Assembly: GCA_040379385.1 (NCBI GenBank)
Contig: JBEILF010000001.1
Location: forward strand, 1-49,393
Source: Burkholderiales bacterium
GTDB taxonomy: Bacteria; Pseudomonadota; Gammaproteobacteria; Burkholderiales; Usitatibacteraceae
DNA length: 49,393 nt
Direction of reading: 5' to 3'
Below, one piece after another: positions 40,635 to 49,393 of this stretch (the first letter of the stretch is position 1; every line of letters starts with the position of its first letter). The notes beneath the pieces are model-generated. The model worked only from the letters and a program-made list of their open reading frames with translations. It had not been told where the DNA came from and did not search any database. Made by a program: the position numbers and the translations under genes.

Positions 40635-43269
40635 TGATCAGCCTTCCCGGAACCACGATGAGCTTTTTGATAGGCTTTCCCTCGGTGTGCTTGGCGACAC
40701 TGGCGTCGGCGAGCGCCAACGCCTCGATCGACTCTTTTGAGGCCGACCTCGGCACACAAATTTGTCCCCGCAGTTTGCCGTTGACTTGGATGACCAGCTC
40801 GATTTCATCTCGCTCCAGCGCGACCGAATCGGCTTCTGGCCATGGTGCGTCGATGATTTCGCCGTGTGACGACACAAATCCCAACTCATTCCAAAGTTGC
40901 CAGGTGATGTGCGGCGCGATTGGATAGAGCATTCTCAACAATATCGACAAACCTTCAAACCGTGCAGCCGCCCAATCCGTGCCCGGCTCGGCCCTGCTGT
41001 CTTCGAGTGCATTGAGCATCTTCATGCTGGCAGAGACAACGGTGTTGTACTGCAGCCGCGCGTAATCATGGTTGGCCTGCGACAAAATCGTGTGAATCTC
41101 AAATCGCAACTTCTTTACCCCCGGCGCTGCGTTGACAAACTCAAGAGCTGGCGGGGAGTTTGAGGCACTTTTGCTCGAAGAACCCCATGTATAAAGGCGT
41201 TTCAAAAAACGATAAACGCCCTCCGCGCCGGAGTCTGACCACGCCGCACTCATTTCGGGGGGGCCAGCAAACATCACATAGGCGCGCGCGGTATCCGCAC
41301 CAAAGCGTTCGATGATGTCTTTGGGTTCGACAACGTTGTTCTTCGACTTCGACATTTTCTCCATGCCGCCCAACGAAACCGCCAGCCCATCGTCCTTTGC
41401 AACGGCTCCGGTTGGTCGGCCTTTGTCGTCGTATTGCACGGTGACTTCGCTCGGGTAGTACCAGCGTTTTTTCCCCTCGCTAGTTTGGCGATAAAAACAC
41501 TCGGCAGATAACATGCCCTGCGTAAACAAATTTGTGAATGGCTCATTGAATTTCACCAGACCCAAATCAAACATGACGCGCGTCCAGAACCGCGCATAGA
41601 GCAAATGCAAAACCGCATGCTCGATACCGCCGATGTATTGATCCATCGGCATCCAGTAGTCGTTACGCGCATCGACCATCGCCGATGCGTTGTCAGGGCT
41701 ACAGTAGCGCATGAAGTACCAAGACGAATCGACAAACGTGTCCATGGTGTCGGTTTCACGCTCGGCTGGTTTGCCGCACTTTGGACACACGCAATGCAGA
41801 AACGCTACGTCTTTCTTTAATGGGTTGCCGCTGCCGTCGGGAATGAGGTGTTCGGGCAGCACCACCGGCAAATCCGTTTCCGGTACCGGTACCGCACCGC
41901 AATCCGCACAATGAATGATCGGAATCGGTGTGCCCCAATAACGCTGCCGCGAAATGCCCCAATCGCGTAAGCGCCAGGTGGTTTTGCGTTCACCGCCGTG
42001 GGCTTTGGTTTGTTCGGCGACGTAATCGATAGCCTCTGTGAACGACATCCCGTTCATGGCACCGCTGTCGACACATACGCCGTGGTCCCCATAGTTGGGC
42101 TTCCAATCGTCGGTCGAGTATGGACTGCCAAGATTGATGACGGGCCTGATCGGCAGCGCGTATTTTTTGGCAAACGCAAAGTCACGCTCGTCATGCGCCG
42201 GCACACCCATCACTGCGCCGTCGCCATAGGCCATCAGCACGTAGTTGCCGACCCAGACAGGAATTTGCTCCTGGGTCAGCGGATGGGTGACGGTTAAACC
42301 GGTGGCAACACCTTCTTTGTCTTTTGCCGCCAATTCCGCTTCGGTGGTGCCGCCGTGTTTGGCACGTTCAACGAATTCGGCGACGGCCAGGCTGGACTTG
42401 GCCGCGTGCAGTGCTAGTGGGTGTTCGGGGGCAACCGCGCAAAATGTCACACCCATGATGGTGTCGGCGCGTGTGGTGAACACAAACAGTTTGCCGTCTT
42501 GAATCAGGCCGCTGCCATCGCTAATGTTGTGCGAGAACGCGAACCGAACGCCTTCAGATTTGCCGATCCAGTTTTCCTGCATGGTGCGTACTTGCGGTGG
42601 CCAGCCATCAAGTTTGTTCTTTACCGAGTCAAGCAACTCGTCGGCGTATTGGGTGATTGCCAAGTAGTAACCAGGAATTTCTTTCTTCTCGACCAGCGCA
42701 CCTGATCGCCAACCGCGTCCATCAATCACCTGCTCGTTCGCCAATACGGTTTGATCAATCGGGTCCCAATTCACCACCTGCGTTTTGCGATAGGCGACGC
42801 CTTTTTCCAGCATCTTCAGAAACAGCCATTGGTTCCACTTGTAATAATCAGGCTTGCAGGTGGTGATTTCGCGCGACCAGTCAAATGCCAAGCCCAGCGG
42901 CTGCATCTGTGACTTCATCTCTGCAATATTTTGATAGGTCCACTGCGCTGGCGGTGCGCCGTTGGCACTCGCCGCGTTTTCGGCGGGCATGCCAAACGCA
43001 TCCCAGCCCATCGGCATCAACACGTTGTAACCCTTCATGCGCAGGTGCCGCAACATGACGTCGTTGATGGTGTAGTTGCGCACGTGCCCCATATGCAGCT
43101 TGCCGGAGGGGTAGGGCAGCATTGAGCAGGCGTAAAATTTCGTCTTTAAGTTGCCGGCAGCATCCCTGGCATGCTCGTGCACGCGATACACATCAGCGGC
43201 CCGCCATGCAGATTGGGCGGCTGTCTCGATCAACTTGGGATCGTATTTTGCGTGTTGCATTGAATCCAT
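40621..43269 (-). CDS. leuS: leucine-tRNA ligase
   Basis: HIGH-type motif [13 protein letters not shown] and the KMSKS motif. Confidence 0.97.
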   Translation of the reverse strand: MDSMQHAKYDPKLIETAAQSAWRAADVYRVHEHARDAAGNLKTKFYACSMLPYPSGKLHMGHVRNYTINDVMLRHLRMKGYNVLMPMGWDAFGMPAENAASANGAPPAQWTYQNIAEMKSQMQPLGLAFDWSREITTCKPDYYKWNQWLFLKMLEKGVAYRKTQVVNWDPIDQTVLANEQVIDGRGWRSGALVEKKEIPGYYLAITQYADELLDSVKNKLDGWPPQVRTMQENWIGKSEGVRFAFSHNISDGSGLIQDGKLFVFTTRADTIMGVTFCAVAPEHPLALHAAKSSLAVAEFVERAKHGGTTEAELAAKDKEGVATGLTVTHPLTQEQIPVWVGNYVLMAYGDGAVMGVPAHDERDFAFAKKYALPIRPVINLGSPYSTDDWKPNYGDHGVCVDSGAMNGMSFTEAIDYVAEQTKAHGGERKTTWRLRDWGISRQRYWGTPIPIIHCADCGAVPVPETDLPVVLPEHLIPDGSGNPLKKDVAFLHCVCPKCGKPAERETDTMDTFVDSSWYFMRYCSPDNASAMVDARNDYWMPMDQYIGGIEHAVLHLLYARFWTRVMFDLGLVKFNEPFTNLFTQGMLSAECFYRQTSEGKKRWYYPSEVTVQYDDKGRPTGAVAKDDGLAVSLGGMEKMSKSKNNVVEPKDIIERFGADTARAYVMFAGPPEMSAAWSDSGAEGVYRFLKRLYTWGSSSKSASNSPPALEFVNAAPGVKKLRFEIHTILSQANHDYARLQYNTVVSASMKMLNALEDSRAEPGTDWAAARFEGLSILLRMLYPIAPHITWQLWNELGFVSSHGEIIDAPWPEADSVALERDEIELVIQVNGKLRGQICVPRSASKESIEALALADASVAKHTEGKPIKKLIVVPGRLINVVV

Positions 43270-43417
43270 TTGTGGCGCAAAAGAGTCCGTTTTTCAATCG
43301 GTCATTATACAGTCGCCCCCTGCCGCCCCCTTACTTGGGGTGATGTTTCATCGACTTGGCGAACAGCACAAACGCCGCCGACTATAATCTGTGCCAATCT
43401 TCCTGTTGTGGTCTTCG

Positions 43418-45790
43418 ATGTTCTCCAGCGCCTCACCTGTCTCGGCAGTTTCCCCCCGTCTTCTCGAAAACCTGAACCCCGAGCAACGTCGCGCTGTCAC
43501 CCTGCCGCGTGAGTCGGCGCTGGTGCTCGCCGGTGCCGGGTCGGGCAAAACGCGCGTACTGACGACACGCATTGCCTACTTGATTCAATCGGGCCAGGCT
43601 TCACCTGGGTCGATTGTTGCGGTCACGTTCACCAACAAAGCGGCGAAGGAAATGTTGACACGGCTCTCGTCGATGATGCCGATCAACACGCGTGGCATGT
43701 GGGTCGGGACCTTCCACGGTCTGTGTAACCGCCTGCTGCGCGCACATTACCGCGACGCCAACTTGCCGCAGACATTTCAGATTCTTGATTCCGCAGACCA
43801 ACAGTCGGCGATTAAACGGTTACTCAAGGGGATGAACGTCGATGATGAAAAATTCAAGCCACGCGACATGGCCTACTTCATTAACGGTGCCAAAGATCAG
43901 GGGTTGCGCGCCAATATGGTTGAGGCGCGTGATGAATTTACCCGCCGCCAAGTCGAGATCTATCAAGCCTACGATGAACAGTGTCAGCGCGAGGGTGTCG
44001 CCGACTTTGCCGAGCTGCTGCTGCGTTGTTATGAGCTTCTATCAAAAAATGCGCCACTGCTAGAACACTACCGTGGACGTTTTCAGTTTGTGCTGGTGGA
44101 TGAGTTTCAGGACACCAACCGGCTACAGTACCAGTGGATACAGCTTCTTGCTGGAAAAAATGCGGCAGTGTTCGCGGTTGGGGACGACGATCAATCAATC
44201 TACGGGTTTCGAGGGGCAGAGGCGGCCAACATGCGCGATTTTCAACGTGACTTTGCGCGAGGTAACATCATCAAGCTGGAGCAAAACTACCGATCACAAG
44301 GAAACATTCTCGACGCCGCGAATGCGGTGATCTCGCACAATAAAGATCGGCTCGGCAAGAACCTCTGGACCGACGAGGGCAAGGGTGAGCCGTTACGAAT
44401 TTATGCGGCCGCTACGGATGGCGATGAAGCACAGTTTGTAATTGATGAGGTGAAAGCCTTGCACCGCGAGGGCAAGCATCTTTCCAATATGGCGCTGTTG
44501 TATCGATCCAACGCACAGTCGCGCGTGCTTGAGCATACCCTGTTTCGTGCGGGAATTGCCTATCGTGTTTACGGTGGCATGCGATTTTTTGAGCGCCAAG
44601 AAGTTAAACACGCGCTGGCTTATCTGCGGCTTGCGGCCAACCCGAACGATGACGGCGCATTTTCGCGGGTGGTCAATTTCCCACCGCGCGGTATCGGCGC
44701 ACGTTCGGTAGAACTCATACAGGAGCTTGCGCAACGTCACAACGTCTCGATGTATGAGGCGGCACTCAACGGCATCGCCGAGGGCACCATCACTGGACGC
44801 AGCGCTTCGGCTATTGGCACCTTCCTCAAGGTTGTCGAGGGCTTGAAATCATCGTCGACTGTCGTCTCGCTCGGCGAGCTTGCGGATGAGGCAATGCAAA
44901 AGGCCAGCCTGAAGGCCCACTATCAAACTGAACGCGAGGGTGCCGACCGGCTTGAAAACCTAGCGGAATTGGTCAGCGCGTGTACACAATTCGAAGCGAG
45001 CTACGAGGGTGATGACTCGACGCTGGTTGGTTTCTTGACTCACGCCAGCCTGGAGGCGGGTGACCACGAAGCCTCAGCAAGTGATGATGCCTTGCAACTG
45101 ATGACCGTACACGCGGCAAAAGGCCTTGAGTTTGATCATGTGTTTCTTGGCGGCTTGGAAGAAGGCTTGTTTCCCCACGAGAATTCGATGAATGACTTTG
45201 CCGGCGTCGAGGAAGAGCGGCGTTTGATGTACGTCGCCATCACACGTGCAAGAAAACGGCTCTACCTTTCGTATGCTGGTCAGCGCATGTTGCACGGTCA
45301 GACGCGTTATGGCATCGTCTCGCGTTTTCTTGACGAAATTCCGCCAGCGTTGTGCAAGTGGATCGTGGTGCCGGACAGACAAGCCGCCTATGGGGGAGGA
45401 ACCGGAGTCGGGAGGGGCGTGTCTGTCGGCAAAGGTTACGCTGGTGCGGGTGGCTGGGAAAAGTTCGGTGCCCGGGGCTCTTACTCAGCAGAGATGCGTG
45501 GCGGTGGCCAAGTGTATACCGGCTTCAAGCAAAACATCGTCAAGGATGAAAATGCCGCCGAGTACGGGCGCGAAGGCGCACCAGACACCTCACGTGCAAA
45601 CTTTGAAACCGCCCGTAGCGATGCGCACCCGTTTCGGGTGGGGCAAACCGTGGCGCATGCAAAATTTGGTGAGGGTGTCGTCTTATCGTTCGAAGGCCGC
45701 GGTACTGACGCAAGGGTGCAAGTGAAGTTCCGTGCAGAAGGCACCAAGTGGTTATCGCTGCAATACGCCAAACTGACCGCAGTCAATTAG
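43418..45790 (+). CDS. uvrD: DNA helicase II (UvrD)
   Basis: Walker A GAGSGKT and motifs VDEFQDTN, YRS and VHAAKGLEF. The ATG at 43418 is preferred because a TATAAT box at 43384 sits immediately before the track GTG start at 43391. Confidence 0.9.
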   Translation: MFSSASPVSAVSPRLLENLNPEQRRAVTLPRESALVLAGAGSGKTRVLTTRIAYLIQSGQASPGSIVAVTFTNKAAKEMLTRLSSMMPINTRGMWVGTFHGLCNRLLRAHYRDANLPQTFQILDSADQQSAIKRLLKGMNVDDEKFKPRDMAYFINGAKDQGLRANMVEARDEFTRRQVEIYQAYDEQCQREGVADFAELLLRCYELLSKNAPLLEHYRGRFQFVLVDEFQDTNRLQYQWIQLLAGKNAAVFAVGDDDQSIYGFRGAEAANMRDFQRDFARGNIIKLEQNYRSQGNILDAANAVISHNKDRLGKNLWTDEGKGEPLRIYAAATDGDEAQFVIDEVKALHREGKHLSNMALLYRSNAQSRVLEHTLFRAGIAYRVYGGMRFFERQEVKHALAYLRLAANPNDDGAFSRVVNFPPRGIGARSVELIQELAQRHNVSMYEAALNGIAEGTITGRSASAIGTFLKVVEGLKSSSTVVSLGELADEAMQKASLKAHYQTEREGADRLENLAELVSACTQFEASYEGDDSTLVGFLTHASLEAGDHEASASDDALQLMTVHAAKGLEFDHVFLGGLEEGLFPHENSMNDFAGVEEERRLMYVAITRARKRLYLSYAGQRMLHGQTRYGIVSRFLDEIPPALCKWIVVPDRQAAYGGGTGVGRGVSVGKGYAGAGGWEKFGARGSYSAEMRGGGQVYTGFKQNIVKDENAAEYGREGAPDTSRANFETARSDAHPFRVGQTVAHAKFGEGVVLSFEGRGTDARVQVKFRAEGTKWLSLQYAKLTAVN

Positions 45791-45864
45791 TGGAGTCGCC
45801 TATTTACCGGCTTTTTCAAGCCAAACGGTCTGAAAACGCCCGTCTTTACTAGAGTTTTGATCGT

Positions 45865-46703
45865 GACAGGACGGTTTCAGGAAATTAGTGCAACAGCTGC
45901 TGAACAACTTCAGCCCATGCTTGGTTGGGTGTTTTCTAACCAAGACACTCACGCGGTCGATTGTTGAGTTTCTCGGTGATCTCGTCGAGCTGTGCCTGTG
46001 TGTACTTTGCCAAATTCGTCCCCTTCGGTAAGTATTGCCTAAGCAGTCCGTTGGCGTTCTCAATGGCACCCTTTTGCCAAGGACTATGCGCGACAGCGCA
46101 GGTATCGACTTCCACAGGGCGCTGGTCAATGGATACCCCGCCTGACAGGCGCACCTTGCACTCTGGCAGCGTGAGCTTGCTGTGCGGACGCCGCTTGTCG
46201 TGATGCTGGCGTAGTCCCTCTTGTGTCAGTATCGCTTTGAGGGCGTTGCGCGGCATGACCTACAGCGCCTGATAGATGGTTTCGTGGCAGATTTGCATCA
46301 GTCGATTATCGGCAAAATCGCGCTTGAGCGCTTGGGATACCTGCTGGCGGGATAGCCCCGCTTTCAGGTAGCAACAGACTTGATCCCAGAGCGGGCCGTC
46401 TGCGAGTTTCCGAGGTCGCCTGCGCCGCTTGCCAGCATCAGCGGCTTGAGACTGTGCCCAATCGGCGCGATAGCCAACCTCGGCAACATCGTGTTGCCGA
46501 TTCTCGCGACTGTCCGAGGATGGCGCAAAACTGACCTAAAGCGCAATCTGCGCCGGATCCCTGCCCATTGCCAACCCTCGACTAATCTCTTCTCGAACCG
46601 CTACATCCTTCGTCTTATACCAACCGACCGCACGTTTCATCGCAACACTCCTTTGTAGACTTCACAAGATTGTGTTGCACTAATTAATTGAAACCGTCTC
46701 AAC
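45865..46703 (-). mobile_element. IS30-family insertion sequence relic with an internal deletion
   Basis: Imperfect ~31-bp terminal inverted repeats: GACAGGACGGTTTCAGGAAATTAGTGCAACA (45865-45895) against the reverse complement of 46673-46703, about 24 of 31 positions. They enclose transposase fragments. Confidence 0.75.
45885..46640 (-). pseudogene. IS30-family transposase pseudogene
   Basis: Recognisable fragments are MKRAVGWYK..REEISRGL, ...LMQICHETIYQAL and SIDQRPVEVD|..HSPWQKGAIENANGLLRQYLPKGTNL..LNNRPRECLG. They are broken by stops and frameshifts. About 130-150 aa of the DDE core (the GHWEGDL...DRG region) is missing. Confidence 0.8.
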
Positions 46704-46769
46704 TGATTTAGCACTAGGGTTGCCAGCCCCTCAGCCGATATAATGTGCGATTACGTTTTCCGCACTGCT

Positions 46770-48434
46770 ATGAACACGTTTTCTGACAACAAGTCCACCG
46801 TTGCCGCATTGTTTGAAGACGCGCTTTTCTCCGCGTTTCCGGCACTCAAGGACGAAAGCCCGCGCTTTGAAGTCACGGTAGAAAAGCCGAAGAATCCCGA
46901 CCACGGCCACTTTGCCGTGAATAGTGCGTTGCAGCTGGCGAAAAAACTCGGCAAGAGGCCGCGCGACATTGCCGAAGCATTGGTCGCCGCTCTGCCGGCA
47001 TCGCCCCTTCTCGCGTCGACACCCGAAATCGCCGGGCCCGGCTTTATCAATGTACGCTTGTCGCGCAACGCCGAAACCCGCATCGTTAACATCGTCCACG
47101 AACTTGGTGACGCCTTCGGTCACAGCAATGTGGGCAACGGCGAGAGTGTCATGGTTGAATTTGTTTCTGCCAACCCGACCGGCCCACTACACGTGGGACA
47201 TGGTCGCGGTGCGGCGATTGGTGACACGTTGTCGCGGCTACTGCGTTCACAAGGCTACCAGGTCACTCGCGAGTTCTATTACAACGACGCGGGCGCGCAA
47301 ATAAACAATCTGACAGCCTCGGTGATTGCACGGCTGCGAGAACGCGCCGGTATCGACGCACCATTTCCGGAGGACGGGTATCGCGGCGACTACATTTTGG
47401 AGATTGCCGAACGTTATGCGCTGGAAAATCCGGCAGACGCAAAAGGCGAAGATACCGATGCCGTGCGCAAGTTTGCCGTCGCAGCGTTACGCCACGAGCA
47501 GGACCTCGATCTACGCGCATTTGATGTTCAGTTCGACAGCTACTTTCTTGAATCCTCACTTTATGCCGATGGCTTAGTCGAGAAGACAGTCAACCAACTG
47601 ATCGCCAATGGCCACACTTATGAAGAGGGCGGTGCGCTTTGGTTGAAGACAACAAAATGGGGAGATGACAAAGATCGTGTGATGCGCAAGTCAGACGGCA
47701 CTTATACCTACTTCGTGCCAGATATCGCCTACCACGTCAGCAAATGGCAGCGCGGCTTCACACGCGCCATCACCGAGTTAGGTGCCGACCATCACGGATC
47801 GTTAATGCGCGTCAAAGCGGGTTTACAAGCGATGCAGCTCGGCGTGCGCGGAGGGTATCCCGACTATGTGTTGCATCAGATGATCACGGTGATACGCAGT
47901 GGCGAGGAAGTGAAAATCTCCAAGCGCGCGGGCAGCTACGTGACCCTGCGCGATTTGATTGATGAAGTTGGACGCGACGCAACACGATATTTCTTTATCA
48001 TGCGCAAGTCAGACTCGCAACTGACCTTCGATATTGATCTCGCCAAGAGTCACTCAGAAGACAATCCGGTTTATTACGTGCAATATGCACACGCGCGCAT
48101 CTGTCGCGTGCTCGAGCAGTGGGGCGGGGAGATTTCCAGCCTAGCGAATGCGGAGCTGTCGCCACTCGTTTCACCCTACGAATCTGAATTAATGCGCGCG
48201 CTTGCCGACTTCCCCGAGACGCTGGCGTTGGCCTCGCGCGAGTTGGCTCCACACATTGTCACCAATTATTTGGGTGAGCTAGCCGCAAAGTTACACACCT
48301 ACTACAATGCCGAGCGGTTTTTGCTTGACGACGAGCCGCTGAAGCTGGCGCGCTTGTCACTTATCGTTTCCGTACGCCAGGTGCTCAGAAATGGCCTTTC
48401 TGTGTTGGGCGTATTCGCACCGGAGAAAATGTAG
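46770..48434 (+). CDS. argS: arginine-tRNA ligase
   Basis: SANPTGPLHVGHGR (HIGH motif) and the anticodon-binding C-terminus. The start at MNTFSDN is preferred because the track ATG at 46743 overlaps a TATAAT box. Confidence 0.92.
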   Translation: MNTFSDNKSTVAALFEDALFSAFPALKDESPRFEVTVEKPKNPDHGHFAVNSALQLAKKLGKRPRDIAEALVAALPASPLLASTPEIAGPGFINVRLSRNAETRIVNIVHELGDAFGHSNVGNGESVMVEFVSANPTGPLHVGHGRGAAIGDTLSRLLRSQGYQVTREFYYNDAGAQINNLTASVIARLRERAGIDAPFPEDGYRGDYILEIAERYALENPADAKGEDTDAVRKFAVAALRHEQDLDLRAFDVQFDSYFLESSLYADGLVEKTVNQLIANGHTYEEGGALWLKTTKWGDDKDRVMRKSDGTYTYFVPDIAYHVSKWQRGFTRAITELGADHHGSLMRVKAGLQAMQLGVRGGYPDYVLHQMITVIRSGEEVKISKRAGSYVTLRDLIDEVGRDATRYFFIMRKSDSQLTFDIDLAKSHSEDNPVYYVQYAHARICRVLEQWGGEISSLANAELSPLVSPYESELMRALADFPETLALASRELAPHIVTNYLGELAAKLHTYYNAERFLLDDEPLKLARLSLIVSVRQVLRNGLSVLGVFAPEKM

Positions 48435-48436
48435 CC

Positions 48437-49117
48437 ATGCCAAATGATATGAGACCCAGGGCACCAAGCCGCAGCGGCGCGGGTGGCGGCGGATCTAGGC
48501 GAGCCGGCATGAACCCATTGTTCGCCGGTATCATCATTGGCCTGTTGCTCGGTATTTTCTTGGCGCTCGGTGTGGCCATCTGGCTAAACCGCACCTCAAA
48601 CCCGTTTGTTGAAAGGACCAAGCCGGTTGAGTCCTTGCCCGCCCCGAAGTCGCCAACGCCACCGCCGGGCAGCGCAAAGGCCGACCCGGCGAATCCCGAC
48701 AAGCCGCGCTTTGAGTTTTATCAAATCTTACCCGGCGAAAAAGAGCCATCGAACAAAACAGCAGCCGATACACCAGTCGGGAAAGAGTCGTCTAAAGATG
48801 CTGCCAAAGAGGCGTCTAAGGAGGTGCCGAAGGATTTCACGAAGGACCCAGGCAAGGAAGCCGCTGCTGCGAAGTCGTTGAACGAAGTCGTCTACTTACA
48901 GGCCGGTGCTTTCCAGAGTGAAACTGACGCGGAAAATCTAAAAGCCAAAATTGCATTCGCCGGATTTGAAGCCTCGGTGAAGCCAGTCAACGTCGCGGGC
49001 AAAGGCACGTTATTCCGTGTGCGGCTAGGCCCATACAAGAGCCAAGATGAAGTGAACAGAATAAAAAATGCGCTTTCCCAGAATGGAATTGGCGCGAGCG
49101 TCGTCAAAGCTGACTAA
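48437..49117 (+). CDS. SPOR-domain cell-division protein
   Basis: N-terminal TM segment, a Pro/Lys-rich linker and a C-terminal SPOR domain (YLQAGAFQSETDAENLKAKI...FRVRLGPY). Confidence 0.78.
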   Translation: MPNDMRPRAPSRSGAGGGGSRRAGMNPLFAGIIIGLLLGIFLALGVAIWLNRTSNPFVERTKPVESLPAPKSPTPPPGSAKADPANPDKPRFEFYQILPGEKEPSNKTAADTPVGKESSKDAAKEASKEVPKDFTKDPGKEAAAAKSLNEVVYLQAGAFQSETDAENLKAKIAFAGFEASVKPVNVAGKGTLFRVRLGPYKSQDEVNRIKNALSQNGIGASVVKAD

Positions 49118-49171
49118 CTTCAATTCGCCACAAGTGTTTTGCCCAAAATTAAAGGGATTACAGGAGCTGCA

Positions 49172-49393
49172 ATGCAAATTTCTTCGAAAAAACAAGTGAA
49201 CGTGATCGCGGCCACTGCTGCCGTGCTAGCCGCCACCTTTTTTCTCAGTGTGGCTTGTGCGCAAGGTTCGCGCGAGGTTTCGCTGGTCGATCCGCCGCAA
49301 TCAGTGCCAAATGATGGAAAGATCGAGGTGCTGGAGTTTTTTTCGTATGGCTGCGGGGCGTGTTCGATCGTCGAGCCGCCGCTTGAAGCATGG
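49172..49393 (+). CDS. dsbA: thiol:disulfide interchange protein DsbA, N-terminal part, runs off the window end
   Basis: A signal peptide followed by VLEFFSYGCGAC, the CxxC thioredoxin motif. Confidence 0.75.
   Translation, partial: MQISSKKQVNVIAATAAVLAATFFLSVACAQGSREVSLVDPPQSVPNDGKIEVLEFFSYGCGACSIVEPPLEAW

Overview
The window reads as a core chromosomal segment of a betaproteobacterium, probably Burkholderiales. That assignment is inferred from gene order: cyaY / lptM-lysA, glnA-DUF4124-ntrBC, atpIBEFHAGDC-glmUS, pilTU / yggS-proC-yggT, rng-maf-rlmH-rsfS-nadD-proA-holA-lptE-leuS, and argS-SPOR-dsbA. About 55 housekeeping CDS are recognisable from conserved motifs. I found no rRNA, tRNA or CRISPR array, and no convincing multi-gene defence or other novel gene system. 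The main structure the ORF track does not explain is a roughly 250-bp repeat with terminal inverted repeats, which I could not classify. It occurs three times: 15392-15644, 32439-32692 and a diverged copy at 3895-4154. One copy lies inside a coding sequence, and removing exactly 250 nt restores that reading frame. The interrupted gene is a decayed bacterial dynamin-like GTPase. Other signs of decay or plasticity are an internally deleted IS30-family relic between uvrD and argS, and a histone-H1-like Lys/Ala-repeat gene whose frame is set by an A11 homopolymer. There is also a 95-codon ORF overlapping both proA and nadD, and an RsfS with a long basic tail. All calls come from manual translation and motif recognition. 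No database search was run, and identity percentages are hand counts.
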